Below, piece after piece: positions 39,867 to 52,600 of a stretch of 64,000 bases of DNA. The translations under genes were made by a program, and so were the position numbers. The DNA comes from Octopus vulgaris (lineage: Eukaryota). Every line of letters begins with the position of its first letter. Position 1 is the first letter of the stretch. The stretch lies in NCBI GenBank assembly GCA_951406725.2, contig OX597814.1:87544001-87608000 (forward strand). The letters run 5' to 3'. The notes under the pieces are model-generated. The model did no database searches and was not told where the DNA came from. It saw nothing but the letters and a program-made list of their open reading frames with translations.

Positions 39867-40280
39867 AGGCGGCGAGCTGGCAGAAACGTTAGCACGCGGG
39901 GTGAAATGCGTAGCCGTATTTCGTCTGCCGTTACGTTCTGAGTTCAAATTCCGCCGAGGTCGACTTTGCCTTTCATCCTTTTGGGGTCGATAAATTAAGT
40001 ACCAGTTACGCATTGGTGTCGATGTAATCGACTTAATCCGTTTATCTGTCCTTGTTTGTCCTCTCTGTGTTTAGCCCCTTGTGGGTAGTAAAGAAATAGG
40101 TATTTCGTCTGCCGCTACGTTCTGAGTTCAAATTTCGCCGAGGTCAACTTTGCCTTTCATCTTTTCGGGGTCGATTAAATAAGTGCCAGTTACGCACTGG
40201 GGTCGATATAATCGACTTAATCCGTTTGTCTGTCCCTGCTTCTCCTCTCTGTGTTTAGCCCTTGTGGGCAATAAAGAAAT
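39867..40280 (+). mobile_element. Octopus tRNA-derived SINE with Meta-like core, partially dimeric, young
   Basis: A-box-like tggcagaaacgttag and B-box gagttcaaattcc; core gcctttcatccttt.ggggtcgataaattaagtaccag; internal duplication from ~40100; perfect 19-bp TSD tagaagaggttagaaaggg (39848-39866 / 40281-40299). Confidence 0.9.
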
Positions 40281-40546
40281 TAGAAGAGGTTAGAAAGGGT
40301 CAAGTGGTGAAGACATTATTTTGGCCTAGCTAAAGGCATCTGGAAAATGTAAAACTGAAGTCAAAGAAAAACCATTATTTCACCGTGGGAAAAGTTCTGC
40401 AGCAGTGTTGATTTAAATTTGGCTATGGTAGATCGAATCCACTTCGTGCATGCAACCCGTGGGAGAATGAGCTGTTAATTTAGCGCTCTGAATAAGTCTT
40501 TACTTTACATAAACTCACTGCGCAGACTCGTTATTTTCATTATAAG

Positions 40547-40556
40547 CTTCCTTTCT
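40547..40556 (+). promoter_or_regulatory. TCT initiator / 5'TOP pyrimidine tract of TCTP
   Basis: cttcctttct lies ~70 nt upstream of the ATG and fits YC(+1)TYTYY; TCTP is an established TOP mRNA. Confidence 0.55.
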
Positions 40557-40622
40557 GCTAAATCTCTGTTCTAAGAGGTTGTGTATTTCGTGTCTCTGGG
40601 CAATCGATTAACATCTGCAATT

Positions 40623-43600
40623 ATGCTTATCTATAACGACTTATTAACTGGTAAATATAAATATAATAGTTTCGGTAAATTTGTATTTGTTGTAACTTTC
40701 GGTTAATTTTTCAACTTTATCGTTCTTCAGGAGACGAACTTTTTAGCGATGCATTTCCAATTAAAGATGTACTTGACGTAGCTCTTGAAGTGGAAGGAAA
40801 GGTACAGTTTTTGGTTTCTTTCTTTGAAAATCCTTTTACATTTTAATATTTGTAAAGATTTATATTTAACATTCTAATAAATTTCATTCCTTGCGCCGTA
40901 TTAACTTTTTGTTAAGCTAATAACTTCGTATTACAAAAATATTGCGGTGCCTCGCAGAAATTTGATGTAAAGTCAGTGCTCTATCGTGAGGGAGATGATT
41001 GAAAAGCATGTGTCCTACCCATTCTCTTTTGCGTAATTACCATTTTCTTAATGCATGTAAAGCAACCGTACGCTTCTCTTCAAGTCATTAAATATAAGTT
41101 TATACAGTAAACGAAGGAAATTCCATTAACATTTTCTTTCATAGCACTTGTGTTACAGCTTATATATGACTAGTGTTGTCTAAATAAATCTCTCAGTCAC
41201 ATCGATGTGTGTGAATGTGTAGAACTTGTGTGTTGGAATTTTGTACTTTCACGTTCGACTATTTTTAGAATTTTGTCTGAGATCAGAATACAAGCTTTAC
41301 CTTACATATTCCTTTACGTTTCAGTTACACAAAAGAAAAGATTTAGCAATATTGACTTGCAATTCAATATTGTTTTTGATTTCAAGCTTTTCATTACAAT
41401 TTACGTCATGAGTGTTAGCTAAAATAGTACTTGCCATCCACTCCGGTATTTAGAAGCTATGAATCATGTATCATCATAGTGATCATCCACGGAAAAGATA
41501 TAGTGTAATTATATATACTAGAATAGTCTTGCTGGTCACAGATGTTGAGCGGAGGTAAAGACAATGGGATTTTTTTTTTTTTACTGCAACCCACTACATC
41601 GAGTGCGGAAATTCCGAATCTGCATTTCAAAATTTTAATCCCTCTCCTCCCCCAAATTTCTTAAATTTTCACTTAAAAGAATTTTTTTTTTGTTGTTTTT
41701 GGCGAAATACGGAGATCATGATTCTGAAAAAAAAATTTTGTAAAATTCAATTTTTCAAAAAAAAAACCCACCCCCATCCCTATGACAAGAAGTGAAATTA
41801 GTGTTATCTGTTTCACGCACGCATAGAATTATAAAATAGATGCAAAAAGTATCTAAACAGAACTTGACATGCTAGAAACGCGTTTTCAAAATTTTAATAC
41901 GAATTTCCAAAGAAAAAAAATTTCGTAATTTAAACCCGCCCCATCAGGAAATCTGATAAGCTGGAAACAACAGCCAAACCGTGGATCAACTTCCTAAATA
42001 CGAATTACAAAAGAGAAAAATTTTTTAAATGTCATTTTGTTGCGTGTGAGAGCAAAAAATCTAATATTTACATACTTCCCTTCATTCCAAAAGACCCTGA
42101 CCACAACATGTTGGGTTATGTTCGTAATGAAACATTAGTAGAGAATAGGGGAGAGGGGTATCTATTTTATTTATTTATTTTTTTTTTTTTAAATTGATAG
42201 TTTACAGAATTCGTTTTTCATAATCTACGTATTTTGCCAAAATCTTTTTTTTTTAATGAAAATTTAGTGGGGAGGAAGGAGGATTTACATTTCGAAATGC
42301 AGATTCGGAATCTCCGCTCTTGATACAGTGGGTTCCTGTAAAAAAAACCAAGAGTGTTATTAATGATAGTCGCATCAAAACAATGACAGAAGCCATTGAT
42401 AAATGTTGGCAATAGAGTAATTATGTGAACTGTCTGATACAGCTGTAATGTCTATATCGAAAATATCGTCCACGTAATTACATGTCGGGGCTAATGCAGT
42501 TTCGCACCTCTCATTGTCATTGGGTGTGGCTATGTCAGTGATCTGACAGCAATTTTTTTTTTGTTCAATATGACTATATCTGGTCGACAATACTCAATCA
42601 ATCAAAGTCAAAATTCCAGAATTTCGTCACTTCCTCGTAATCTATGTCGAAAACAAGAATCCAATGAATTTTCCCTCCGCTCTATTGTTCCCAACACACC
42701 CAATTTGTTTGTTTATAGAAGTATGGCAGTATGATTGTTAATTGTTTGTAGGCTTTAAGAGTTTCTATTAAATCTTTTAATATATTAAATATATTATTTA
42801 ATGAGAAACTTCTGACTTGGGGCACACAAGTCTATTTTAGTTATCGTGTGTATTATACCTAAGATCGTTGGAGGTTTTAAGTCTATACAGTTTACGGTTT
42901 AATTACAATGTAGCTGAATTTTTATTTTTGTATATTCATGCTCTTCGATATAAAACAGGAATTATCTAGCAGCCAACTCTGCAAATTACATCTTGCTTTC
43001 TAACTTAAAAAAGAAACACACTGAATAATGTAATATTATTTAGGTAAAAAGATTCTTAAAACATTGGATGGTTACGAAATCAGTGACATGGCCGTACTAT
43101 TTGAATTACATGTTCAATCCATTTTGCATACTGCTTCGCAGTTTTCCTCAGCTCGAAGCTATAAAAGAAAAGACATTTGCTGTAAATGCTACGCATTGAA
43201 ATCTAACCTGGGACCTCCAGTTTCGAAGCAAACTGTCTGATGATTCGGTCATGATGCGCCTGCGACGCATAGAGTAGAGAAACTTGCCGGATATGGATGT
43301 GTTCTTAGGACCTTGACCGACAATGCAAAACGGAAATGACGTATCAACCTAGAATAGAAACTACTTGGCAATACCGGAATCCGTGTGAATTCTAAATATC
43401 TTGGTTGTGCATTCAGTCAGAAAACGAATGTATGGACTAAATTAAATCTCGAGCAGTGCGTTGAATTTTTTCTTAATACGGCTCACATGGCGGAGGTGTA
43501 AACGGAACCCGTAACGATTTCATCCTATCACCCCCGTTTTCAGATATGGGGAGATTACGGAAAATTGCAAAAAAATCGTTTTGAAATTTCTTCATTTTTA

Positions 43601-46600
43601 CTTTTTTCCATAACCGTAAGTACGAAAATTTTTGGAAACTTTTTTTAGAATCATAAAAGTAAAAGGGTGTTTTGGGAGGGGTACAAAAGGAAGTCTTGCC
43701 CGGAACCCTTCGCCCATTCTTAAAAAATTTTTTTTACAGAATCTCATGTTTTAGGTATAACTAAAAATGGTATACACTGCCTTATTATTAAAAAAATGTT
43801 AAATTTTTATTTATCTTGTAACTTTTTGTATTCTTGGTTTTTCAGTATACATTCGGGTTTCATTTATTATGCTATGTAATTAAGATGTTTGCATTGTTTG
43901 GTTAACACAAAGCTCTTCTGGCAAACTTTTTCATCATGCCATATGTGACAGAGAAATAGAACCCAAGTGTGATTGTATTTGATCTTTTTGAAACTTTGAT
44001 TGTGAAAATGATTGAGAGGTTATAGGGACTTGTGTTACAACTTGAAATAACAATCTGTGGTTTAGTGAAGATAAGCCTTTGAGGCACCATTTAATCAAGT
44101 TGCTTCAAGGTTATATAAATTTCTTTATTGCAGTATGTTACCGGACAATCTCAATCCTATGACATTGGTGCCAATCCTTCAGCTGAAGAGGCTGCAGAAT
44201 CCTATGATGATACGTCTGCTGGTGGACTTGACATTGTCCTAAGCCACAGACTGAAGGAGATTTATATAGACAAAGCCTACCTTAAGGATTATTTGAAAGA
44301 CTACTCCAAAAAGTGAGTTTTACTCTTTATGTAATTTTAATTCATTTAAAGTTTTATACATAGAGGTCTACACACTGCTACAAAGGTAAAGGTAATGCTT
44401 TACATACAAATAATTACAGAGGTATCAAGCTGTTGGATCAGGTAATGAAGGTCACGGAGAGGGTCATAGCCCAACTAATTAGGGAGAGTGTCAGTTTAGA
44501 TGAGATGCAGTTTGGGTTCGTGTCAGGGAAAAGCACCACTGATGCTATATTTCTGGTAAGACAGCTGCAGGAGAAATACTTAGCCAAAGATAAACCTCTG
44601 TACCTGGCTTACGTTGACATGGAGAAAGCCTTTGACAGGGTCCCTCAATCCCTTATCTGGTGGTCAATGAGGAAACTAGGGATAGATGAATGGTTAGTGA
44701 GAGCCGTGCAAGCCATGTGCAGGGACGCTGTCAGTAAGGTGAGGGTTGGCAACGAGTACAGTGAAGAATTCCAGGTAGGGGTCCACCAAGGTTCAGTCGT
44801 CAGCCCCATCCTATTTATCATAATCCGCCAGTCAATAACAGGATTCCTTTGGGAGATCCTCTAATTGCTGAATCACTATCAGAACTAGACATTTCAGGTG
44901 TGGAAGGAAGGATTAGAATCGAAAGTCCTTAATCAACCTAGCTAAAATCCTAGTCCTAATAAGTAAGAAGGCAGGCAAACCACAAGTCCCTTCAGGTGGA
45001 TGGCCCTGTTCGATCTGTAGAAAAGGCGTAGGTAGAAACTCTATAAGATGTACTCAGTGTAAGCTATGGACACATAAAAGGTGCAGCAATATCAAAGGAA
45101 GGCTAACTCGGAAGATAGTTATTGTGTGTGGCAGATGCTCAGGAGCAATAAACACTGAAAATGTGCAGAGAAAAACTAGTAGTAGTCATTTGCTTCTGTT
45201 ACCTAGGTGCCCAAGTCAGTAGTGTGGGAGGGTGCGCCGAAAGTGTAGCTGCTAGAATACGAATAGCCTAGGCAAAGTTAAGAGAGCTCTTACCTCTGCA
45301 AGGTGACAAAGGGCCTCTTGCTCAGAGTAAAAGGTAGATTGTATGACGTGTACGAATAGCCATGCTACATGGCAGTGAAACATGGGCTGTGACTGCTGAG
45401 GATATGCGTAAGCTCGCAAGGAATGAAGCCAGTATGCTCTGATGGATGTGTAATGTCAGTGTGCATACTCGACAGAGTATAAGTACCTTGAGAGAAAAGT
45501 TGGACCTAAAGCATCAGATGTGGCGAGAATGGATGAGGATAGCTGTGTGAAAAAGTGCTACACCCTAGCGGTTGAGGGAACCTGTGGAAGAGGAAGACCT
45601 GGGATGAAGTGGCGAAGCACGACCTTTGAACAAGAGGCCTCACCGAGACCTTTTGGAAATATGCTGTGCTGGAGAAGACCCAGCAAGCCAAGTGAGACCA
45701 TAACCTCCAGCGTACTTTCCTTCATTGGACACTAAACGAAGACCTATTGATGCAAGTGAAATTGAAATCAAATTCGATGACTGGCGTCTGTGCTAGTGGA
45801 GCACTAAGAGCACCATCCGAGTGTGATCATTATCAGAGCAGCTATCTGGCTTCTGTGTCGGCACGTAAAAAGCACCATTCAAGCGTGATCGTTACCAGCG
45901 TTTCCTTACTGACACGTGCAAAGACATTCGAGCATGACCATTGCCAGTACTGCCTGACTGACACATAAAAGCACCCACTACACTCTCGAGAGTGGTTGAT
46001 GTTAGGAAGGGCAGCCATCTGGTTTGCCAGTTCTCAGTCTAATCATCCTACCCATGTTAGCATGGAAAGCAAACATTAAACGATGATGATGTCTAGTAAT
46101 ACTTTTGGATTATTCTGCATGCAACGTTAATGTTAGTAACTGAATCACTATCGTTTAACCCTTTCGTTACTATATTTCTGACCAAAATACACCCCTCATG
46201 AGTTTCAATTAAATTCTAAAATAATCATGAATTTAGGCTTGTTTCATTAAATAACTGTAACTTTTTTACTTATCAACATTTTAATGTGATATTTGGAACA
46301 TAATTAAAGGAAGGGTTCTTAATCAATTCTATTGCATAACTTTTGACTCAAAGTGACTTTAATTACAGGTAAATCCAGGTAAATTGAGCAAAAGGTAAAA
46401 ATATTAAAATTTTAAATTGAGCAAAAGGTAAAAAATAAAAATTTTGTTTAAACATCACTATAGAAAATGAATCATCAGCTAATATTCAAATGGGTATGCA
46501 ACAAAATTTTGATAAAGAAGAATTGTGCACATCAGTTGAATTTAATGCACAACAGGTGTACCATAAAGGTGGAATAAACTGAAATATTGGAATCCACCGT

Positions 46601-49600
46601 AAGTTTGACCGAACTAAAGAAATCGGTCAAAAAATAATATACGGCCCTGGTAATGGTATGGAAGTGATAAATTCCAGACCACATCGTTCCCTAGGCCATG
46701 CTGACTAATATTATTTTCCCTGTATAAAAACTAAATCCACGCAGTACCCAGTAATTTGCTTCACAAATTTCCCAAACTTTGAACCCCGATTTTGGGTTTG
46801 TTTACAATCTGCGTAAGTGCGTTTCCACATTGATCGCTTCAAACAATAACTTCCAGACCACATCGTACCCTAAGCCATGCTAACTAACATTAGTTTCCCT
46901 GTATAAAAACTAAATCCACAACAGTACCCAGTAATTTGCTTCACAAATTTCCCAAACTTTGAACCCCGATTTTGGGTTTGTTTACAATCTGCGTAAGTTT
47001 GTTTCCACATTGATCGCTTCAAACTAGCATACTGAAAAAAATAAAAGTCTAATGGTTTCACTTCCTAAGAAAGGCTATAGATAAACTTTATCTCCTCAGA
47101 AAAATTGCTAATAAAAACATTTAAAAAGTTTTTTTACTTCATTCCGATGTAAAATCGTCTTCGCTGTCGCCTTCGCCGCTTTGTTTCTTCGGAAGCCGCT
47201 GCTTTCATTTTCGGATAAAAAAATATTCATTATTTTGTACACCACGTGCTTTAGTACCTATTTCATTCTTTTTCTCGATATCTCCCTATTTTCCGTTGAC
47301 AAAGCTTTAAATTCGGAATCAATGCTTGATAACATGAAACTCCTATCCATTTTCAAAGTTGAAGAAAAATCGATGCCGTAAAACATGTGGAAAAAAATCT
47401 CCCAAAATTCACTGAGTTGAGATATCACTTGAAGCAATGTCGGATACTATAACTTAACTATTTACAATGTGAAATCACATGCTTTAACGAATGTACCAAC
47501 GAGATTTGGGTTCAAATTTACATTTAAATAACAATGGGTTCTAACGGCCGGGTATGGCCGGGTTGGTACTTTGAACCAAAAAATTGTTCGGCCGGCTACG
47601 GCCGGGTTAGTAACGAAAGGGTTAACATCTGCCTTCCACGCATGGGTGGGTGGGACAACTGACAGGAGCTGGCCAGGTATAAGACTACTCGAGTTCTCCT
47701 TTCACATTGTATACATTAGCACACAGTATGCTTACTATTAAGTAACCAAAACATCACTTTATACAAGTGGTATTGCAATTTTATCTGAAAAGTTATGGCT
47801 GTATGATTAAGCTTGTTTCCTAACTGTTATCACAGGTTCAGTACCACTCTGTGGCACCTTGAGCATGTATCTTCTACTGTAAACCCCAGGTTAACCAAAG
47901 CATTGTGAGTGGATTTAGTTGACATCTTTGTCTTGACATTTGATGGGTGTCACTGTCATTCAAGTGATATTGTTTCCAGCCTTCCATAAGGAATGTGTCT
48001 AACCGTGAGGAAATATTGCATTGATTCAAAACAGGTGGGGGTTTGGTGTTAGTGAGAGAAGGGTATCTAGCTCTTTTTTTTTTTTCTTTCTGTAGTTTCA
48101 GCTTGTAGCTGGGGCACTGCCATTTTGCTACACTGTTATTACAGAGAGCCTCTTCTAATATGTAGAATGGAGTTTGATGTCGCTATCCTCATTTGCACCT
48201 CTTGCCATTAGGTAGGTTCATCTGGGACTCTCAACAGGAAGTGGTCAGGTTTTGATACTTACATCCACTTTGTGTGGGTTCCTCAGGCTCTTTGGAAGAA
48301 TATTAACCCTTTCGTTACTATATTTCTGACCAAAATACACCCCTTATGTGTTTCAATTAATTTCTAACGTAATCATAAATTTAGTCTGGTTTCATTAAAC
48401 AACTATAACTTTTTTATTTATCAATATATTAACATGAATTTTGGAAGATAATTTAATGAAATGTTCTCAACCAATTCTATACTATAATTTTTGTCACAAA
48501 GTGACTCTAATTGCAGGTAGATACAGGTAAATTCAACAATATATAAAATTATTAAAATTTTGTTCAAACATCGCTATAGAAAATGGGTTATTAGCTAATA
48601 TTCAATTGGGTATACAACAAAATTTTACGATAGAATTTGTTATTCTGGGTAACTTTCTGATACCCATAATAATATTTATGGCAAAATAGGCCTTAATTTC
48701 ATTTAAGGTTGTGGGAAATAACAAACTATCCTTTCTTTTGCTTTGTTTACGTTTAGCATAACAGTTCGTTTCCGCCGTAATGATTTCAAATAGGCTCATT
48801 CGAAAAAGTAAAAAGAAATAGTCTAAGGCTTTACTCTTCTGGGAAAGTCTGTGGCTTGGTCCAGTTTCTTCAGAAAAATCACCGAAAGAAACAGTTTTTA
48901 AATTTTCACTCCATTCAGGTGCCAATTCATTTTCTTTATCGCTGTCGGAGGTCTCAGATTCACTGTTTTCACTTTTGGAAAATGAAACATCAGATTCATT
49001 ATCAAATACCACATGCTTTTTTTTTTTTTTCAGTCATAGAGTTAGATTTATGAAGGTCTTCAGTAGAAAATCCTTCGAATTCTGACTCGCTGCTTGATAT
49101 AATGAAATTCGTATCCATTTTTTGTCAGAATTACAAATTTTGAAAACACAATAGGAACAAATTTCGGGAAAAAATCTCCCATAATTCACGGAATTAAAAT
49201 TACATTTCGATTTTTGTACAAAACTGTAGTTGAACAGTTTACGAAGTATAATACATGTTTTCACGAATGTACTAAAGAGATTTACTCTGATATTCTCATT
49301 TAAATATGAATAGGTAAATTCGGGCGGTTTGGGGCGGCTTGGTCACATTAACCAAAATTTTTTTCGGGCGGTTTGGTAACGAAAGGGTTAAAAAGCTGTG
49401 GGCCTCTGAAACCCAGGCTGTTCTCAAGTGCGATGGCAGTCCTGAGATCTTTGGCACTGTACAGTGTCGGCCCATTCTGGCATTGGTGTAGCTTTCAATG
49501 CCAAAATTTGGCACAATCCCAGGATCTTCCAGATGTTTATTATTACATACTTTTCCTACCTTTGCTCCAGGGAGTAGTCTTAACTTAGCCTTTCCCAGTA

Positions 49601-52600
49601 ACTGAGCTGTTGCAATGAGACAATCTTCTTTGTGAAGCTTTGCTGGATTACTTCAAGGTCTGCTGTTCATTTTACACTGTTGGGTGACCATAGCTGCGAG
49701 CAGTAATCCAGGCAGCTGATAACGAATGTCCACCAGATGACTCTCATGGTTTCCTTTTCTCTGGTTCTGGACGTTCCAGTCATCTGCACTTTGTTGCCAT
49801 CCTGATCGATACCTAGGTCCCTCACTGATTTAGGCTCTGGGATTGAAATTCCCTGTGGACCAGTGTACCCTGTAAGTTTCATATTCAGTTTTGGACATTA
49901 GTAGTGCAGGGCTTGGAATTTTTCAGCACTAAACTGCATATTATTATCCTCAACCCATTTGTAAATTAAGTCCAACTCCTACTGCAGATGTGCAAAATCA
50001 CTGGGCTTCTGTATTTTCTGCGAGACATTATTATTGTCTGCGTAGCTAGCAAGAGTGGCTATCTGAGAGGGCCACTATGAAAAGCAGTGGTCCTAAGACA
50101 CTGCTCACTATTTTTGTTTTCGTTGACGTGGCCACTACTGCCTACTTTCTATCTTTCAGAAAGTCATGTAACCACTCTCCAATTTTCCAGCTATGCCGAG
50201 GCCATGCAGTTTGTGGCATATCATATCATGATCCACTTTATCAAAAGCTTTTGCAAATTGAAGGTATATTACATCCACATTTGAGTTGTTGAGTAACTGC
50301 CTCAGCACCCAGTCATAATGGTGTAAGAGCTGGGTCAAACAGATCTGACCTAGTTGAAAGCCATGCTGGGTATCACTCAACAAGTTATTTTCTTCAAGGA
50401 ATGCGATTGGTTTCCCTCTGACTATCTGTTCTATGACTTTGTTGATGTGTGAAGTCAAAGAAATAGGCCTATAGTTTCTGGCATCTGCTCCCTCCTTTAT
50501 GGATTGGGCATATTATTCCCTCTTTCAGCTTGCTTAGCAGCCTGCCATTTGCAAGGAAAGCTCTGGAAGATAATCTGTAGAGGTTTTGCCTTGGCGTACT
50601 TAAACAGTTTGAGGAGGATTGCTGCAAAGCCATCAGGACCAGCTGTTGAGTTTGTGTCCACCTCATCTATGGCTAGTAGTTTATCTTCTTTGTTAATGTT
50701 GATGTATTCCATCATAACTGACTCACTGGTTATAGGTGAGGTGGCAAAGAAATCCACTGGTTTGTTCACTTGTCTGTGTTCAAGCAGGGTTGTAAAGACA
50801 CTTCTGAACTGGTCATTCAGTACTTCACCTATCCTAGTTGGACTATATGTGAGGGAGCCGTCTTGGAGCTTACTGAGGCTTTCTTTCTTTCACATAAATG
50901 AAAGGCCTTTGGGTCTGACTAGTGTTTTTTATAACCCAGGCTTCTTTGTCTGCCCTCTCCCTCACATAGGATTGTTGCGGGTGTTTTTCAATCTCCGTCA
51001 TTGTTTTAGGCTGAACCTTTCACTACTTTAGGAATGTTGGTTTAGACAATTTATTTTTTAGAGAAACAAAAGATGGGTTACTAATATGCATATAATAAAA
51101 TATTATGTACTCGAAATCATTTTACAATAAAAAATATATAGATACATAAATGTATCAATGCAAATACATTAAGATTATACAAATATATTGTCCTACTTAC
51201 AATAAAAGTGATGTTAAAAATATAAATAGAATGGGTGGAGTATAAAATCAGAGTAGAATGTTATAAATCTATATGGAAGGTTATAAGTCCTTAACCCTTT
51301 CGTTACTATATTTCTGACCAAAATACACCCCTCATGAGTTTCAATTAAATTCTAAAATAATCATGAATTTAGGCTTGTTTCATTAAATAACTAACTTTTT
51401 TACTTACCAACATATTGTGATATTTGAAACATAATTAAAGAAAGGGTTCTTAATCAATTCTATTGCATAACTTTTGTCTCAAAGTGATTTAATTACAGGT
51501 AAATTGAGCAAATGATAAAAATATAAAAATTTTAAATTGAGCAAATGATAAAAATATTAAAATTTTGTTTAAACATCACCATAGAAAATGAATCAGCTAA
51601 TATTCAAAGGGATAAGCAACAAAATTTCGATAAAGAAGAATTGTGCACATCACTAGATCATCAGTTGAATTTAATGCACAACAGGTGTACCATAAAGGTG
51701 GAATAAACTGAAATACTGGAATCCACTGCAAGTTTGACCGAACTAAAGAAATCGGTCAAAAAATAATATATGGCCCTGGTTATGGTATGGAAGTGATAAA
51801 TTCCAGACCACATCATTCCCTAGGCCATGCTGACTAACATTATTTTCCCTGTATAAAAACTAAATCCACTGCAGAAATTTTCCGAACTTTGATCCCCCAT
51901 TTTGTGTTTGTTGACAATCTGCGTAAATTTGTTTCCGCATTGATCGCTTCAAACAATAACTTCCAGACCACATCGTACCCTAAGCCATACTGACTAACAT
52001 TAGTTTCCCTGTATAAAAACTAAATCCACAGCAGTGCCCAGTACTTTGCTTCACAAATTTTCCAAACTTTGATCCCCCATTTTGTGTTTGTTTACAATCT
52101 GCGAAACAGTTTGCTTCCACAGTGATCACTCTAAACAAGCATACTGAAAAAAATAAAGTCTAATGGTTTCGCTTCCTCAGAAAGACTATAGATAAACTCT
52201 ATCTCCTCAGAAAAATTGCTAATAAAAACATTTTTTAAAGTTTTTTTTACTTCATTCCGATGTAAAATCGTCTTTGCTGTCACTGTCGCCGCTTTGTTTC
52301 TTCGGAATCACTGCTTTTGGTTAATGGATAAAAAAATATCCTATTCATTGTACACCACGTGCTTTTGTACCTCATTCGTTCTTTTTCTCGATATCTCCCT
52401 ATTTTCTGTTGAAAAAGCTTTAAATTCGGAATCAATGCTTGATAACACGAAGCTCATATCCATTTTCAAAGTTGAAGAAAAATTGATGCCGAAAAAAATC
52501 TCCCAAAATTCACTGACTTGAGATATCACTTCAAGCAATGTCGGATACTATAACCCAACTATTTACAAAGTGAACTCACATGTTTTAACGAATGTACCAA

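Noticed and set aside
41515-43790. Helitron-like or other non-autonomous repeats in TCTP intron 2
   Set aside because: A CTAG end and repeat-like texture were noticed, but boundaries and family could not be supported from sequence alone.
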